DNA of 64,000 nt from Promethearchaeota archaeon (GCA_014728035.1 WJMJ01000059.1:224001-288000), one strand, 5' to 3'. Counted from the first letter of the stretch, positions 10,514 to 20,680 are shown. Notes: generated by a model not told the origin, from the letters alone. Numbers and translations are program-made.

Positions 10514-11119
10514 TCAGGCCGTTAGTTTACCTTGAATAAGGTCAACCCGCTCCATGAAGAATATTCTGTGCCCTATCGATTGAACTTCCAAACCCCGTTC
10601 CTCCATTATCCTGATAATGTGGTCTGGATTTGAGTGAGATGATACAATAACATAGATTGTACTGTTCTTCTCAATGTGTTTACATGCCTGAGCGATATAT
10701 CTCTCACTTACTTCCGTGCCCGTTATACCCCCTATGAAAGCATGATCCATGGAAGTTTTGTGTTCATCTGCAGGCAGATACGGTGGATTGAAAACAATAA
10801 CTGAAAATTTTGCAGATGAATGAAATGCAGTAAGCAAATCCGATTGTATTACTGAGTTGTTCACTAGACGAGTGTTCCTTCTCAAAGTATCCATTGTATT
10901 TCTAACCGCTTCTAACGAAATATCGACAGCAATTGCTTTTTTGACTATCTTGGACGCCATAGCAGTTGCCAGTCCTACTCCACAACCAATCTCAAGAAAA
11001 GTGTCTGTCGGCTTTAATTCTATAGCATCTAATACAAGATACGAGTCCATTGCAGGTGAATATACTCCTTTATGTACATCAAAATCAATCTTATCTCCCT
11101 TGAAAGAATGCTCATTCAT
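10514..11119 (-). CDS. HemK2/PrmC-like release-factor glutamine methyltransferase
   Basis: VYSPAMDSYL, LEIGCGVG, FNPPYLP; conserved position after ksgA. Confidence 0.9.
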   Translation of the reverse strand: MNEHSFKGDKIDFDVHKGVYSPAMDSYLVLDAIELKPTDTFLEIGCGVGLATAMASKIVKKAIAVDISLEAVRNTMDTLRRNTRLVNNSVIQSDLLTAFHSSAKFSVIVFNPPYLPADEHKTSMDHAFIGGITGTEVSERYIAQACKHIEKNSTIYVIVSSHSNPDHIIRIMEERGLEVQSIGHRIFFMERVDLIQGKLTA

Positions 11120-11976
11120 AAATTTGGCATCCTCCCCTCTTGTATGAGGTCTGCTATTGTATTTGAAATTCTTATCAATGATTCTTGGGGTATTTCTCTC
11201 AGTCTCTCATTCCCCTCAATTCCAGCTGTGTTCTTTAGAATCAATCTACTCAAATCCGAATTCAAATCAAGTCTTTCTAACCATATTTTTAGAGCATTTC
11301 CGAGTTGCTTCTTTGGATACGGGTAGATTCCATGAACGAGTTTAAAAAATACATCTTCACTTTTTACAAACATCTTTTCTTCTCTTTTAGTTATCTTGAC
11401 AACTGTTGAGGTTACAGCTGGCTCTGGATAAAATGCATTTGATGGTACGTCCATAATCTTTTCAGCGTGGGCATAGTATTGAAAATCAATTGTCAATCTG
11501 GAATATTTTCTTGATCCGGGCTTGGCTACTAAACGGTCGGCAAATTCTTTCTGGTACATAAGTATAGCTACCTCAAAATCTATTTTTTTCAATATCCGAA
11601 AAGTGATTTCGGAAGAAATAGAATATGGCAGATTTGCTACTACTTTGTTTATTCTGGGGAAATCCACCTCAAGTGCATCACCTTCAATTATTGCAACATG
11701 ATTTTGGTGTTCAAATAGATCCTTAAGTGCTTGTACAAGACCAGTTTCTATCTCAATAATGAATAATTTTTGAGCGTATTTTGCCAACCACTCGGAGAGA
11801 ATTCCTAACCCTCCTCCAATTTCAAGGACAATATCACTATCAGAAATTTTGGCAGCATCAACTATTTTTTTAGCTACATATCTATTTGTTAGAAAGCTTT
11901 GCCCTCGTTTCTTATCTGGTCTGACTGAATATTTTTGTAGCAGAGAATATATCTCTTTTTTTGACAGGAAACTCAC
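11116..11976 (-). CDS. rsmA: 16S rRNA m6,2A dimethyltransferase KsgA/RsmA
   Basis: KKRGQSFL, VLEIGGGLG, VANLPYSISS, QKEFADRL, FYPEPAV. Confidence 0.96.
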   Translation of the reverse strand: MSFLSKKEIYSLLQKYSVRPDKKRGQSFLTNRYVAKKIVDAAKISDSDIVLEIGGGLGILSEWLAKYAQKLFIIEIETGLVQALKDLFEHQNHVAIIEGDALEVDFPRINKVVANLPYSISSEITFRILKKIDFEVAILMYQKEFADRLVAKPGSRKYSRLTIDFQYYAHAEKIMDVPSNAFYPEPAVTSTVVKITKREEKMFVKSEDVFFKLVHGIYPYPKKQLGNALKIWLERLDLNSDLSRLILKNTAGIEGNERLREIPQESLIRISNTIADLIQEGRMPNL

Positions 11977-11984
11977 CTTGCAAT

Positions 11985-12590
11985 TTACCGTCTAGCAGCT
12001 TCTTCTATTCGCGGAGGGGGGCGAACAAACAGATATCTCTTTTCTTCTTCTCGCAGCTCTTTCATAATTCTTGAAATTATGACCTTCTTTGGGTCTTGCA
12101 GTTTCGTCCGGTCCGCAATATCATCAAAACTTTTGAAGGGCATATTCTTCCTCTCTTCGAGTATTGCCCACATCAATGTCGATCCTATTCCGGGTAGAAG
12201 TTGAAGTGAATGCATTCGTGTGGTAAGAGGTTTTGCCTCGTTAAAAAATTGAACAAATTTTTGCTCATGTTTTGTAACAATAATTTCAACAACAAGAGGA
12301 AGCTCGGCACCACTCTCGGGAGATAAATCTTCAAATGAGATTCGCCTCTTAACATGGTCTATCTTACTTTTTACATCACGCTTTAAAACAACTCTTTCAT
12401 GTGGCCGCAGTTTTTTTCCTCTTTTTGGAGCAAGTTCTAATAGTGTGAAATGGGATTCTCCTACTGCTTGAATTACAGTTTCACCTCTAGGCCTAGAATC
12501 ACGTAAGAATGTTTTAGGTGCGACAACTGCCAAAATATACGCGTGTGACTCTAACATCCTGTTTTGAGATTCGTCCATTCTTTTTAACAC
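11985..12590 (-). CDS. DUF655 RNA-binding protein (HhH)
   Basis: QAVGESHFTLLEL, FFNEAKPLTTRMHSLQLLPGIG; sits between rpo4 and ksgA as is usual. Confidence 0.9.
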   Translation of the reverse strand: MLKRMDESQNRMLESHAYILAVVAPKTFLRDSRPRGETVIQAVGESHFTLLELAPKRGKKLRPHERVVLKRDVKSKIDHVKRRISFEDLSPESGAELPLVVEIIVTKHEQKFVQFFNEAKPLTTRMHSLQLLPGIGSTLMWAILEERKNMPFKSFDDIADRTKLQDPKKVIISRIMKELREEEKRYLFVRPPPRIEEAARR

Positions 12591-12686
12591 ACCTTACGTT
12601 TTCAGGCCACATTATGAACTATGTATACTGTTTCGGATAAAAAGTATCCGGCTTACGAAAGCTATTATTCCAGTACAGATTAAAAA

Positions 12687-13019
12687 TCAGGTTTTGCTTG
12701 CCATAATCTCAACAATTTCAGCGTATTGTTCATCAGTGAGTTCGACACTTCGGGGATCCAGTATTGTCTTTAGTTCTTCTTCAGTAGTAGGTGCAAGATT
12801 GATTACCTGAACAGCTTGAGAGCGGGTGATCTCGTAGTTTTTCATGAGGCGTTCTACCAATTTGACTGATTCTACCGGTGCAAATTTTGAAAAAGTTGAA
12901 GAGTGTTCAAGTGTTATCGATTGCTGAAACGATAATTCTCCATCTTTACTCCTCTTTGAGAGAATCTTCTTTACCATTGGTAATGGAATTTCTTCCTTGC
13001 TAATTATTTCCCTTGGCAT
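12687..13019 (-). CDS. rpo4: RNA polymerase subunit Rpo4 (F)
   Basis: ELSFQQSITLEH...FSK, AVQVINLAPTTEEELKTIL; synteny with L21e. Confidence 0.9.
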   Translation of the reverse strand: MPREIISKEEIPLPMVKKILSKRSKDGELSFQQSITLEHSSTFSKFAPVESVKLVERLMKNYEITRSQAVQVINLAPTTEEELKTILDPRSVELTDEQYAEIVEIMASKT

Positions 13020-13029
13020 GTTGTATGAT

Positions 13030-13326
13030 TCAGCCCCTATTAGGTCTTAGATGTTCTGGTCTTATAATTAGTTTCTTCATAGCTTTGCCAAGACTGACAT
13101 CAATCTCATATGCTCTTCCTCTTTTACCAGTGATGACTCCTGTTCTTCCGTGATATCGTCGATGGGGCATTCCCTTGTGGAAGCCTGGATCTATCACTAT
13201 ATCTACTCTCTGACCAATCTCATAATCGATTAGCACGTTGCTTAGAGGTTGAAGACCTCTGCTACGTACTTTTTTGCTCATCAGACTTCTTGTTCTTGCA
13301 CGGAAACCATGACTTTTCTTGACCAT
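13030..13326 (-). CDS. rpl21e: 50S ribosomal protein L21e
   Basis: SHGFRARTR, KGMPHRRYHGRTG, RPEHL; start placed at ATG 13326 behind an AGGTGA SD. Confidence 0.97.
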   Translation of the reverse strand: MVKKSHGFRARTRSLMSKKVRSRGLQPLSNVLIDYEIGQRVDIVIDPGFHKGMPHRRYHGRTGVITGKRGRAYEIDVSLGKAMKKLIIRPEHLRPNRG

Positions 13327-13413
13327 GGAACTCACCTGTCTTGGCTATTGAGTTGGCCTTTTCAAAATAGTAGTTTGAGAGACCAAGTCCTGAAAAACCT
13401 CCGGGGTCAACAC

Positions 13414-14784
13414 TTAAGCATTATGGTCTGGTTTGCCAGTGTAAATTGCAGTCACATTTAGTTCTGTACACAGACAGGGTGTTTCTAATACCTCTGTTAG
13501 TGATGGCTTTGTTCTTCCCTCGTCTCCTGAGATTAGCTCTTTGATGTACGTACCACCTTGCACTTTGAAAGAACCTTCAAGAAGTAGTTTTTCTTTTCTT
13601 TTCAGTTTTATTTCATATACATGTTTGACCCGAACAAGGTCACTTCTCCGGTGTGCCACTCTATTTGGTGTACGCTGTTCTATTTCTATATCTTTGAATC
13701 GTTTTTCTGCAATTCTCAGTAGCTCTTCTGATATCTCTTTTTCAGTTGAGATTGATGCAACATACTCTTTGATATTTTCAGAAGCATCTTTCTTCAAGTC
13801 TTGGGCTCGTGACCTTTCAGAAAACTCAAGGTCATGCACCTCTATCTTACCATATGCTTCTTTGTTGATTTCATGTGCAAGAACTTCAAGATTCAATTTT
13901 CGTTTCTTTGGCTCTGAAAGCTCTAATACAAAAGGTCTACCATCACCTAGCATTAGCGCATCGATGTCTTCTCGTCCTGCAGCATGAACTTTGAATCGAG
14001 CTGCGTGGGCAATTTTTACAGCAGGTTTTCCGATGTATTCAGATACAGAGTCCAGATACCTACGTCCCGTTCCATCACATTCCTCACATCCTTTTCCTTT
14101 GCATTCACCGCAATCCCACCTACTTTGTGGTATTCCTCTTTCCAATTTACGGTATTTTCCAAAAATGAATAAGGGATTCACCTGTAGACTGATTTGATCT
14201 TTCAACATGTCGTAGATAACAACTATTTCCGGCTTTGAGAAGTCGACTTCTCTTTTCAGCTTTTCAAATAGTTTCTTTCCAAATTCTCGATTGAATGATG
14301 ATTTCAATGGTTCGCTATTCAGAAGGTTGTATCTTGCGCATATTTCATCCTGCCTTTCTACGAGTTGGGGAAATGGGACACTCCCAACCAAAAATGTGTC
14401 AAACTCGTAATCTTGCAGAATCTCATCAACTTCATTTGTTATTCTTGGAATTCTCTCAAATACCGAGTCATCTTTAGTACAAAGATGACAGGTTTCTTTC
14501 AGCTCAAATGGAATGCCTGCATCCTTAGCTAATCTTCGGGCCGATTTCATCATACCATTTCCTGCAAGAATCTGGAGATATTCTGATGCCTTTTTTCTAT
14601 CTCCTCCTCTCAGAAATTCGTCTCCTATCATTAACAGAACCAATTTGATAGATCTTCCTCTTTGGATATTGGTTGTTCCAGTTGCTAACCATGCGAATAA
14701 TCTCCCCAAGCATTCATTGCAGAGTGGATATTCATTCAGAATGGTCTTCGAAACATCTATCATCGTATCGGTCATTTCATCCAT
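13414..14784 (-). CDS. pus10: tRNA pseudouridine(54/55) synthase Pus10
   Basis: N-terminal LCNECLGRLF, GKYRKLERGIPQSRW, AAGREDIDALMLGDGRPF, GGTYIKELISGD. Confidence 0.96.
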   Translation of the reverse strand: MDEMTDTMIDVSKTILNEYPLCNECLGRLFAWLATGTTNIQRGRSIKLVLLMIGDEFLRGGDRKKASEYLQILAGNGMMKSARRLAKDAGIPFELKETCHLCTKDDSVFERIPRITNEVDEILQDYEFDTFLVGSVPFPQLVERQDEICARYNLLNSEPLKSSFNREFGKKLFEKLKREVDFSKPEIVVIYDMLKDQISLQVNPLFIFGKYRKLERGIPQSRWDCGECKGKGCEECDGTGRRYLDSVSEYIGKPAVKIAHAARFKVHAAGREDIDALMLGDGRPFVLELSEPKKRKLNLEVLAHEINKEAYGKIEVHDLEFSERSRAQDLKKDASENIKEYVASISTEKEISEELLRIAEKRFKDIEIEQRTPNRVAHRRSDLVRVKHVYEIKLKRKEKLLLEGSFKVQGGTYIKELISGDEGRTKPSLTEVLETPCLCTELNVTAIYTGKPDHNA

Positions 14785-14840
14785 TGGATACAGGCCCCAG
14801 AAAAAACAGCGGTGTTTCCTTCATAAAGGCAGTTGTTTGA

Positions 14841-16043
14841 CTAGAGGGGAATTCTTAGATAACGAATTGCCTTCAGTCCCGCAAGGAACGTTTTAGGGTT
14901 TCCTAGTAATTTTGCTATCACTCTTCCTTGCCTATCCATATCGCCCTCTTTTTTCACGGTGCTTACAAGTCCTAAATCAGCGGCATCACCAATTAGAGAA
15001 TCCAGTCCCTTATTGGAAAGTGAACCTATCAATTTCTGAACCAAATACATTAATCGTAAATCATTCATCAGAGATTTTCTCCATATTTTTTCAAACTTCT
15101 CTAGATGTGTCTGCCCTCCTGAGTCAGCTTCTAGGGATTGAGCAATGTGTTTCCCAGCCAATCTAGCTACTTTACCGCCCAAAATCACACCCCCTCCTGT
15201 AGTTGCTTTAACAATTCCTGCAGCATCTCCAACCACAACAAAATTACTTCCTATTGTTTTCTTGATTGGTTTTCCTACTAATACTATACCTCCAAAACCT
15301 CTTTCAACTGTGGCATTTCGAAGACGCTTCTTTAAAATCGGGTGATGCGAAATTGCAGATTTTAGTCTTATTTTGCTATAATCTCTAGCTGCCAGTCCAA
15401 CTCTAGCTCTTCTTTCTCCAAGTGGAATTAACCAACAGAAGAATCCTGGTGCTACACGATTGTCATAATACATTTCGACCAAGTCTTCATGAGCATCGAC
15501 ATTTTTCAACTCAAATTGATATGCTGGCATTTTGCTTTTTCTTGGGACTGAATAAAAACCGATAGATCTTGATATGTAACATCTTACACCCTCCGCATTA
15601 ACGACTCTTCTTGAAGATATCTTTTCTTTTGATTCCTTTTGCTTAATATGTGCAATCCACTCAGTTTCATTGTTAACAATCTTTGTGACTTGAGAACTGG
15701 TTTTAATTTGTACACCTGTATGATGTGCTTTATCAGCTAGCCATCTATCAAATGCAATACGATCCACAACAAAGGCTTCTCGCTTTCCTCTTTCGATTAA
15801 TATTGATTTTCCAGATGGTGAAAATATGCGTGCTCCTGATACATGATTCTGAATTACATCTTTAGGCAGCTTGAGACCGAGTTCTTGTATACCGGATGTA
15901 CTAAGGAGACCTGCACAATGGTCCGGTTTACCTATTGCTGGATGCTCTTCGAAAATCAATACTTTGTGTCCTCTACTTGCAGCATCGATTGAGGCAAGGA
16001 TACCAGCAGGTCCAGCACCAATGACTGTTACATCAGCTTTCAG
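14841..16043 (-). CDS. Geranylgeranyl reductase family flavoprotein (probable CUG start)
   Basis: Frame extends past the track start to DVTVIGAGPAG (FAD-binding GxGxxG); PDHCAG, WLIP, VGDAAG..KATTGGG; in-frame TAA just upstream leaves CTG at 16043, with GAGGAG 6 nt upstream. Confidence 0.88.
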   Translation of the reverse strand: MKADVTVIGAGPAGILASIDAASRGHKVLIFEEHPAIGKPDHCAGLLSTSGIQELGLKLPKDVIQNHVSGARIFSPSGKSILIERGKREAFVVDRIAFDRWLADKAHHTGVQIKTSSQVTKIVNNETEWIAHIKQKESKEKISSRRVVNAEGVRCYISRSIGFYSVPRKSKMPAYQFELKNVDAHEDLVEMYYDNRVAPGFFCWLIPLGERRARVGLAARDYSKIRLKSAISHHPILKKRLRNATVERGFGGIVLVGKPIKKTIGSNFVVVGDAAGIVKATTGGGVILGGKVARLAGKHIAQSLEADSGGQTHLEKFEKIWRKSLMNDLRLMYLVQKLIGSLSNKGLDSLIGDAADLGLVSTVKKEGDMDRQGRVIAKLLGNPKTFLAGLKAIRYLRIPL

Positions 16044-16124
16044 TTTTTACTCCTCAAATCCTCCTCGATAAGACCCTTTTTATCTGTCACCACTGGTGAA
16101 ATACTGTTTCTGGAGAATCACGTT

Positions 16125-16493
16125 ATGCCAAGACATCAATTTACGTACAAACAAGTCATTGTCGTACGAACTGATTTGGATATGAGTAAAGGTAAGACTG
16201 CTGTACAGGTTGCTCATGGGTCTTTGAGTGCGTCTGAGCGTGCACGTGGAAAAACAAATGATATTTGGAAAGCATGGTTTCGGGAGGGCCAGAAAAAGGT
16301 CGCACTAAAAGTTCGTTCTGAAGACGATTTAAAGACATTAATATCCCAAGCGATACAGGCTGACTTACCATATGCAATGATTAGAGATGCTGGAATGACC
16401 GAACTACCTCCTGGTACGGTTACGGTTATTGGTATAGGCCCGGCACTAGCAGAGAAAATAGACAAAATCACAGGCGATCTCAAGTTATTGTGA
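16125..16493 (+). CDS. pth2: Peptidyl-tRNA hydrolase Pth2
   Basis: KQVIVVRTDLDMSKGK..QVAH, GQKKVALK, DAGMTELPPGT. Confidence 0.97.
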   Translation: MPRHQFTYKQVIVVRTDLDMSKGKTAVQVAHGSLSASERARGKTNDIWKAWFREGQKKVALKVRSEDDLKTLISQAIQADLPYAMIRDAGMTELPPGTVTVIGIGPALAEKIDKITGDLKLL

Positions 16494-17857
16494 GTGGAAA
16501 TACGTTGAAAGAAGCAAACCCCTTTGAAAAAACTCTAGGTATAGAACTATATTCTACTGATTTTCCAGGCATGAATGGTAGAATAAAAAGTTGTTATGAA
16601 GATTTCATAGTGACAGAAATTTCTCCCGAGGAACGTACACTTCGAATCAAGAATATGGAAACTCTCAATGATTGGCACGGTGCAATTGATACACTAATTG
16701 AAGGAGAACGAGACCGTTTTGTTCGATTTATTATGCAAAAAAGTGGATTGTCCACAATGGATGTCGCCCATATATTGGCATCCGAACTGAATATCCCTCG
16801 ACACTTGATTAATTATGCTGGATTGAAAGATAAACGAGCTGTCACAGCACAATTCATGTCGATTCCTGCAAGCAGTGCTGAAATGCTGCCCAAATGCAGA
16901 TTATCCAGAATTCTCATTAGAGAAATGGAGTATACTCATCATCCAGTAAATATTGGCGACCTATGGGGAAACCGTTTTAAAATCCATTTTAGAGAAATTG
17001 ATTCTCCAATCGAAGAAGCTATGGAGCATGCTAGTTCTCTTTCTACTACGCCTCTCTTAAACTACTTTGGTGTTCAACGATTTGGCGTCACTCGTCCTTT
17101 CACACATCGTGTTGGAAAGGCTTTGATAAATAGAGATTACGAAAAAGCTGTAATGATAATGTTGACTGAAACCAGCAAGTACGAGCCTGTTGAACTAACT
17201 GAAACTCGAACAAAACTTGCAGAAGACTTCACCCCCTCAGAGGAATTGCTAGATGTGTTTCCCAAGAGCCAAAGATATGAGCGTAGGATTATCAAGCATT
17301 TAATCAAACATCCTAATGATTTCAAACGTGCAATATTGAAAATTCCACCACGGATTTTGACAATCTTCATCCATGCATATCAGTCATACTTGTTCAATCG
17401 GTTAATTAGTCAACGTGCAAGAAATGAAATGCCTTTGGAATTTCCTATTGTTGGCGATTTCTTGATACGGCTCGATACTACTCACTCAGGACGTGACTCG
17501 TGGATTTTTGTAACAGAAAGAAAACTTGAATCATGTATGGATCTTATCGCATCTGGTGAATATGGATTAGCAATGCCTATTCCTGGATATGCAACTAAAA
17601 CACCCCCGTCTGAACAAACTGATATGCTTAAGACTCTCCTGAAATCTGAACAGATTAGCCTGATTGCTTTTCGCAATCCCGAACATCGCTCATTAAATTC
17701 TCCGGGTGGTTTGCATCTATTATCTGTTCACCCACTTCAATTGAATGTCGAAGGAGTAGATAATCAACTTATTCTTGAGTTTTCACTTCGAAAAGGCTCT
17801 TATGCAACAATTGTTATGCGTGAACTGATGAAAAATCATCCAATTAATCGAGTATAG
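16490..17857 (+). CDS. truD: tRNA pseudouridine(13) synthase TruD
   Basis: EDFIVTE, YAGLKDKRAVTAQ, GDLWGNRF, NYFGVQRFG, AYQSYLFN, GSYATIVMRE. Confidence 0.96.
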   Translation: MSGNTLKEANPFEKTLGIELYSTDFPGMNGRIKSCYEDFIVTEISPEERTLRIKNMETLNDWHGAIDTLIEGERDRFVRFIMQKSGLSTMDVAHILASELNIPRHLINYAGLKDKRAVTAQFMSIPASSAEMLPKCRLSRILIREMEYTHHPVNIGDLWGNRFKIHFREIDSPIEEAMEHASSLSTTPLLNYFGVQRFGVTRPFTHRVGKALINRDYEKAVMIMLTETSKYEPVELTETRTKLAEDFTPSEELLDVFPKSQRYERRIIKHLIKHPNDFKRAILKIPPRILTIFIHAYQSYLFNRLISQRARNEMPLEFPIVGDFLIRLDTTHSGRDSWIFVTERKLESCMDLIASGEYGLAMPIPGYATKTPPSEQTDMLKTLLKSEQISLIAFRNPEHRSLNSPGGLHLLSVHPLQLNVEGVDNQLILEFSLRKGSYATIVMRELMKNHPINRV

Positions 17858-17861
17858 ATTC

Positions 17862-18443
17862 TCAAAACCGTCTTCGGCTGGCAAACTCTTTCATTTTTTC
17901 ATCAAAAGCATCTTCAGGCTTCTCATCCGTTTGCACTCTTTCGTCTTGATACTGAAATATCACAGATTGTCCCATTATAGCGGATACAATCTTTCGCAAG
18001 TCGGATTTGGTGTAATCAATTCTATCTCTATCTTCAGTCCTGAGCATAACGATACTCTCTTTCTCACCGTTTGGAAGATAGAGGCTATTAACACCCACTT
18101 CAACTGCGGGATAGATTAATTCGCGAACAAGAGATCTCAGCTTGACCGGGCCTTCAAAAATCATAACCGATCCATATAGATTTTCCATTTCGCCAATTAG
18201 GTCAATCTGGTCTTTAAGTTGCTCAGCCTGTTTTTTCTTCACAATAATGATTATTTTACCTGCTGTCTTGATAGCTCTTCTGAAGGATAAATCTTCAATC
18301 TCTGGATAATCTTCAACTCTCTCTAATATCCATTTTGAGAAATCTATATCGAATTGAGTAATCTCTCCTCTATCTAATTTCCCTTGGCAGTTTGGACACA
18401 ACATATCCGTTTCGAGATCAAACTTACAGACTGGTAAACGCAT
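17862..18443 (-). CDS. Archaeal NusA-like/KH protein with N-terminal Zn-binding motif
   Basis: LPVCKFD...LCPNC..KL..GEI, LIYPA...GVNSLYLPNG; usual neighbour of pth2/truD. Confidence 0.7.
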   Translation of the reverse strand: MRLPVCKFDLETDMLCPNCQGKLDRGEITQFDIDFSKWILERVEDYPEIEDLSFRRAIKTAGKIIIIVKKKQAEQLKDQIDLIGEMENLYGSVMIFEGPVKLRSLVRELIYPAVEVGVNSLYLPNGEKESIVMLRTEDRDRIDYTKSDLRKIVSAIMGQSVIFQYQDERVQTDEKPEDAFDEKMKEFASRRRF

Positions 18444-18512
18444 TTCAAAGGCCTCGTTGAACGATTGTTCCTATTTCTGTTGGTTCGTTCAATTAACCAT
18501 ATGAAATTTGTG

Positions 18513-18839
18513 TTAGTCAACTTTTGCCAATGTAATATCTATGGTACTTACGTTCAAATCGCTACCCTTGTCTGTTTTGACAGTAGTAGTGTCGATTATT
18601 ATCTCCTTTACTTCGAGGTCTGTAATGAATCTATGTCGTGTTATTTCTGCCACATCAACAGCACGACTTATCAGTCGTCCTCTTGCCTTGATGACTACTT
18701 CTTCCGCTCCTTTGTTGAATAGTGTCACACACGCTAGAACATAACTCATTACGTTCTTGTTACCTACAAGTATTACGTTGCCATTTCTGTCGTCTTTGTC
18801 TGATTTTGATGTATCTTTGTTTTCTGTTTCTGGTGTCAC
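18513..18839 (-). CDS. albA: Chromatin protein Alba
   Basis: [39 protein letters not shown]; start uncertain (GTG 18839 or TTG 18842). Confidence 0.95.
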   Translation of the reverse strand: MTPETENKDTSKSDKDDRNGNVILVGNKNVMSYVLACVTLFNKGAEEVVIKARGRLISRAVDVAEITRHRFITDLEVKEIIIDTTTVKTDKGSDLNVSTIDITLAKVD

Positions 18840-19028
18840 CAATAGACTCTCCGCACACTCGCTCGCAATCTCTCTCCGGTCTAACACAAAGATAGAATTA
18901 TCAGATATAGATTTCGCTTAATATATTGTATTATCTTTTTATTAATTGGAGAAATACGTTTTAGCTTTCTGTCATTCAGTAATGTTTTTGTGGTTTATGA
19001 TTGGGTTTCTTGGTGGATGTATTATTAG

Positions 19029-20297
19029 ATGGCACAAATCACCTTTTTGGGATCAACCAGGAATATAGGACGTGCTGGATTTTTCATAGAAGAAAATGAT
19101 GAAAGCATGCTAGTAGATTATGGTGTACAGTTTGGAAATCCTCCTACTTTTCCTGACATGATACCTATCGATGGTCTACAGGGTGTAGCTCTTACACATG
19201 CTCATCTCGACCACTCGGGTGGTCTTCCTATTGTTCTATCTAAGGACCGAGGAATTTCATTATTTTGTACGCCTGCAAGTCGAGACCTCACGATTCTATT
19301 ACTTCGTGATATGATCAAAATATCACGAGGTCGATTACCATATGATAGAAAAGATGTTACAAAGGTTCGTCGCCAATGCCAAGCGACTCCATATGAAAAT
19401 ACTGTGCCTCTAGGGCGACATTTTGAAATGACCCTTTTCAATGCAGGACATATCCCTGGCAGTGCAATGGTTTCTGTACGTGTTGATGGGAAACGCATCT
19501 TATTCACTGGCGATTTTAATGCTACAGAATCACAGCTTACACCCGGAGCAAGAGTCAATCTTCCAAAACATGATGTTGTGGTAACCGAAAGCACCTATGC
19601 TCAACGAATCAATCCCGATCGTGAAGAGATTGAAAAATCATTGATTGATGCCACTATTGAAACACTCGAACGTGGTGGAACTGTATTGATTCCTGCATTT
19701 GCAGTTGGGCGCAGCCAAGAAATAATGTGTATATTGGAGAAACACAAATTACCGAATAAATATCCGATTTATGTTGACGGAATGGCTAGGAAAGTGAATG
19801 ATATTCTTGTTCGTCATCCTGAATATCTTCAGAGTCCTCAGGCATTTTCACGAGCTGTATCTCGAACTCATGAGATTCGTGATAATAGGGATCGAAATCG
19901 CGCAATGAATGCTGGTGGTGTAATTATCTCTCCAGCTGGAATGCTTAAGGGTGGTGCATCTCATGTGTATTTCAAACGTCTGCATGATGACCCTCGAAAT
20001 TCAATTATTTTAGTAAGTTTTCAAATTCCTGGAACTCCTGGTGCTGAATTACTCGCTACTAAAACAGTAGAAGTCGGAAGAAAACGATTCGATGTCAAAG
20101 CTGATGTGCAACAGTTCCATTTATCCTCTCACTCGGATTCTAAGGGTCTAGTCAAAATGCTCACAAATATTCCTGGAAATCCAGAGTTCTATTTAGTTCA
20201 CGGAGAATCTGAATCCTGCGACATCCTTGCTGAAAATCTGCAGAAAATGGGACGAAAAGCAACAGTGCCCGAGAAAAACGAGGCTTTTGAGGTTTAG
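19029..20297 (+). CDS. Second beta-CASP/MBL-fold ribonuclease lacking KH domains (aCPSF2-like)
   Basis: THAHLDHSG, AGHIPGS, TGDF, ESTY, PAFAVGRSQE, LSSHSD, VHGE. Confidence 0.9.
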   Translation: MAQITFLGSTRNIGRAGFFIEENDESMLVDYGVQFGNPPTFPDMIPIDGLQGVALTHAHLDHSGGLPIVLSKDRGISLFCTPASRDLTILLLRDMIKISRGRLPYDRKDVTKVRRQCQATPYENTVPLGRHFEMTLFNAGHIPGSAMVSVRVDGKRILFTGDFNATESQLTPGARVNLPKHDVVVTESTYAQRINPDREEIEKSLIDATIETLERGGTVLIPAFAVGRSQEIMCILEKHKLPNKYPIYVDGMARKVNDILVRHPEYLQSPQAFSRAVSRTHEIRDNRDRNRAMNAGGVIISPAGMLKGGASHVYFKRLHDDPRNSIILVSFQIPGTPGAELLATKTVEVGRKRFDVKADVQQFHLSSHSDSKGLVKMLTNIPGNPEFYLVHGESESCDILAENLQKMGRKATVPEKNEAFEV

Positions 20298-20509
20298 ACC
20301 TCTTCAGCCTTGGTTCGAGCTTCAATAATTTGGCACTTGACTTGTTGAAGCACTTCTTCGGCTTTCTGTGGTTCAAGGACCAGAGTATAAAGATATCTTG
20401 CTGTGCGAAGTTTGAGCTTTACTTGATCGCTTGTCCTTCTCACACGACATTCGACGGCATCCTCCGTCATTTCAAGGAACTTGTCAACATCATAGATTTG
20501 TTTTGGCAT
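20294..20509 (-). CDS. rpl38e: 50S ribosomal protein L38e
   Basis: MPKQIYDVDKFLE...VKLKLRTARYLYTL matches eL38. Confidence 0.93.
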   Translation of the reverse strand: MPKQIYDVDKFLEMTEDAVECRVRRTSDQVKLKLRTARYLYTLVLEPQKAEEVLQQVKCQIIEARTKAEEV

Positions 20510-20553
20510 GATTCGGGCCTCTTGTATTGATTAGCGTCTATGACCAGGATTAG

Positions 20554-20658
20554 TGGGCCGGGCCGGAGCTTCAGTCACGGTGTGATTCACCCAGACTTTT
20601 GAACCAGCGATCCCCGCCGTGTGAAGGCGGTATCATAGCCGAGCTAGACCACCGGCCC
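20554..20658 (-). tRNA. tRNA-Val(CAC) with 30-nt intron at position 59/60 (intron 20568-20597)
   Basis: Reverse strand: acceptor GGGCCGG/CCGGCCC, anticodon arm CCGCC-TT-CAC-AC-GGCGG, T stem GCTGG/CCGGC, T loop TTCAAA[intron]T, discriminator A; CCA not encoded. Confidence 0.95.
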
Positions 20659-20680
20659 TGATTGCTGGTGCTATTACTGA

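Noticed and set aside
13336-13413. SRP RNA between pus10 and rpl21e, as in some archaea
   Set aside because: Spacer is only about 80 nt, far too short, and has no helix 8 motif
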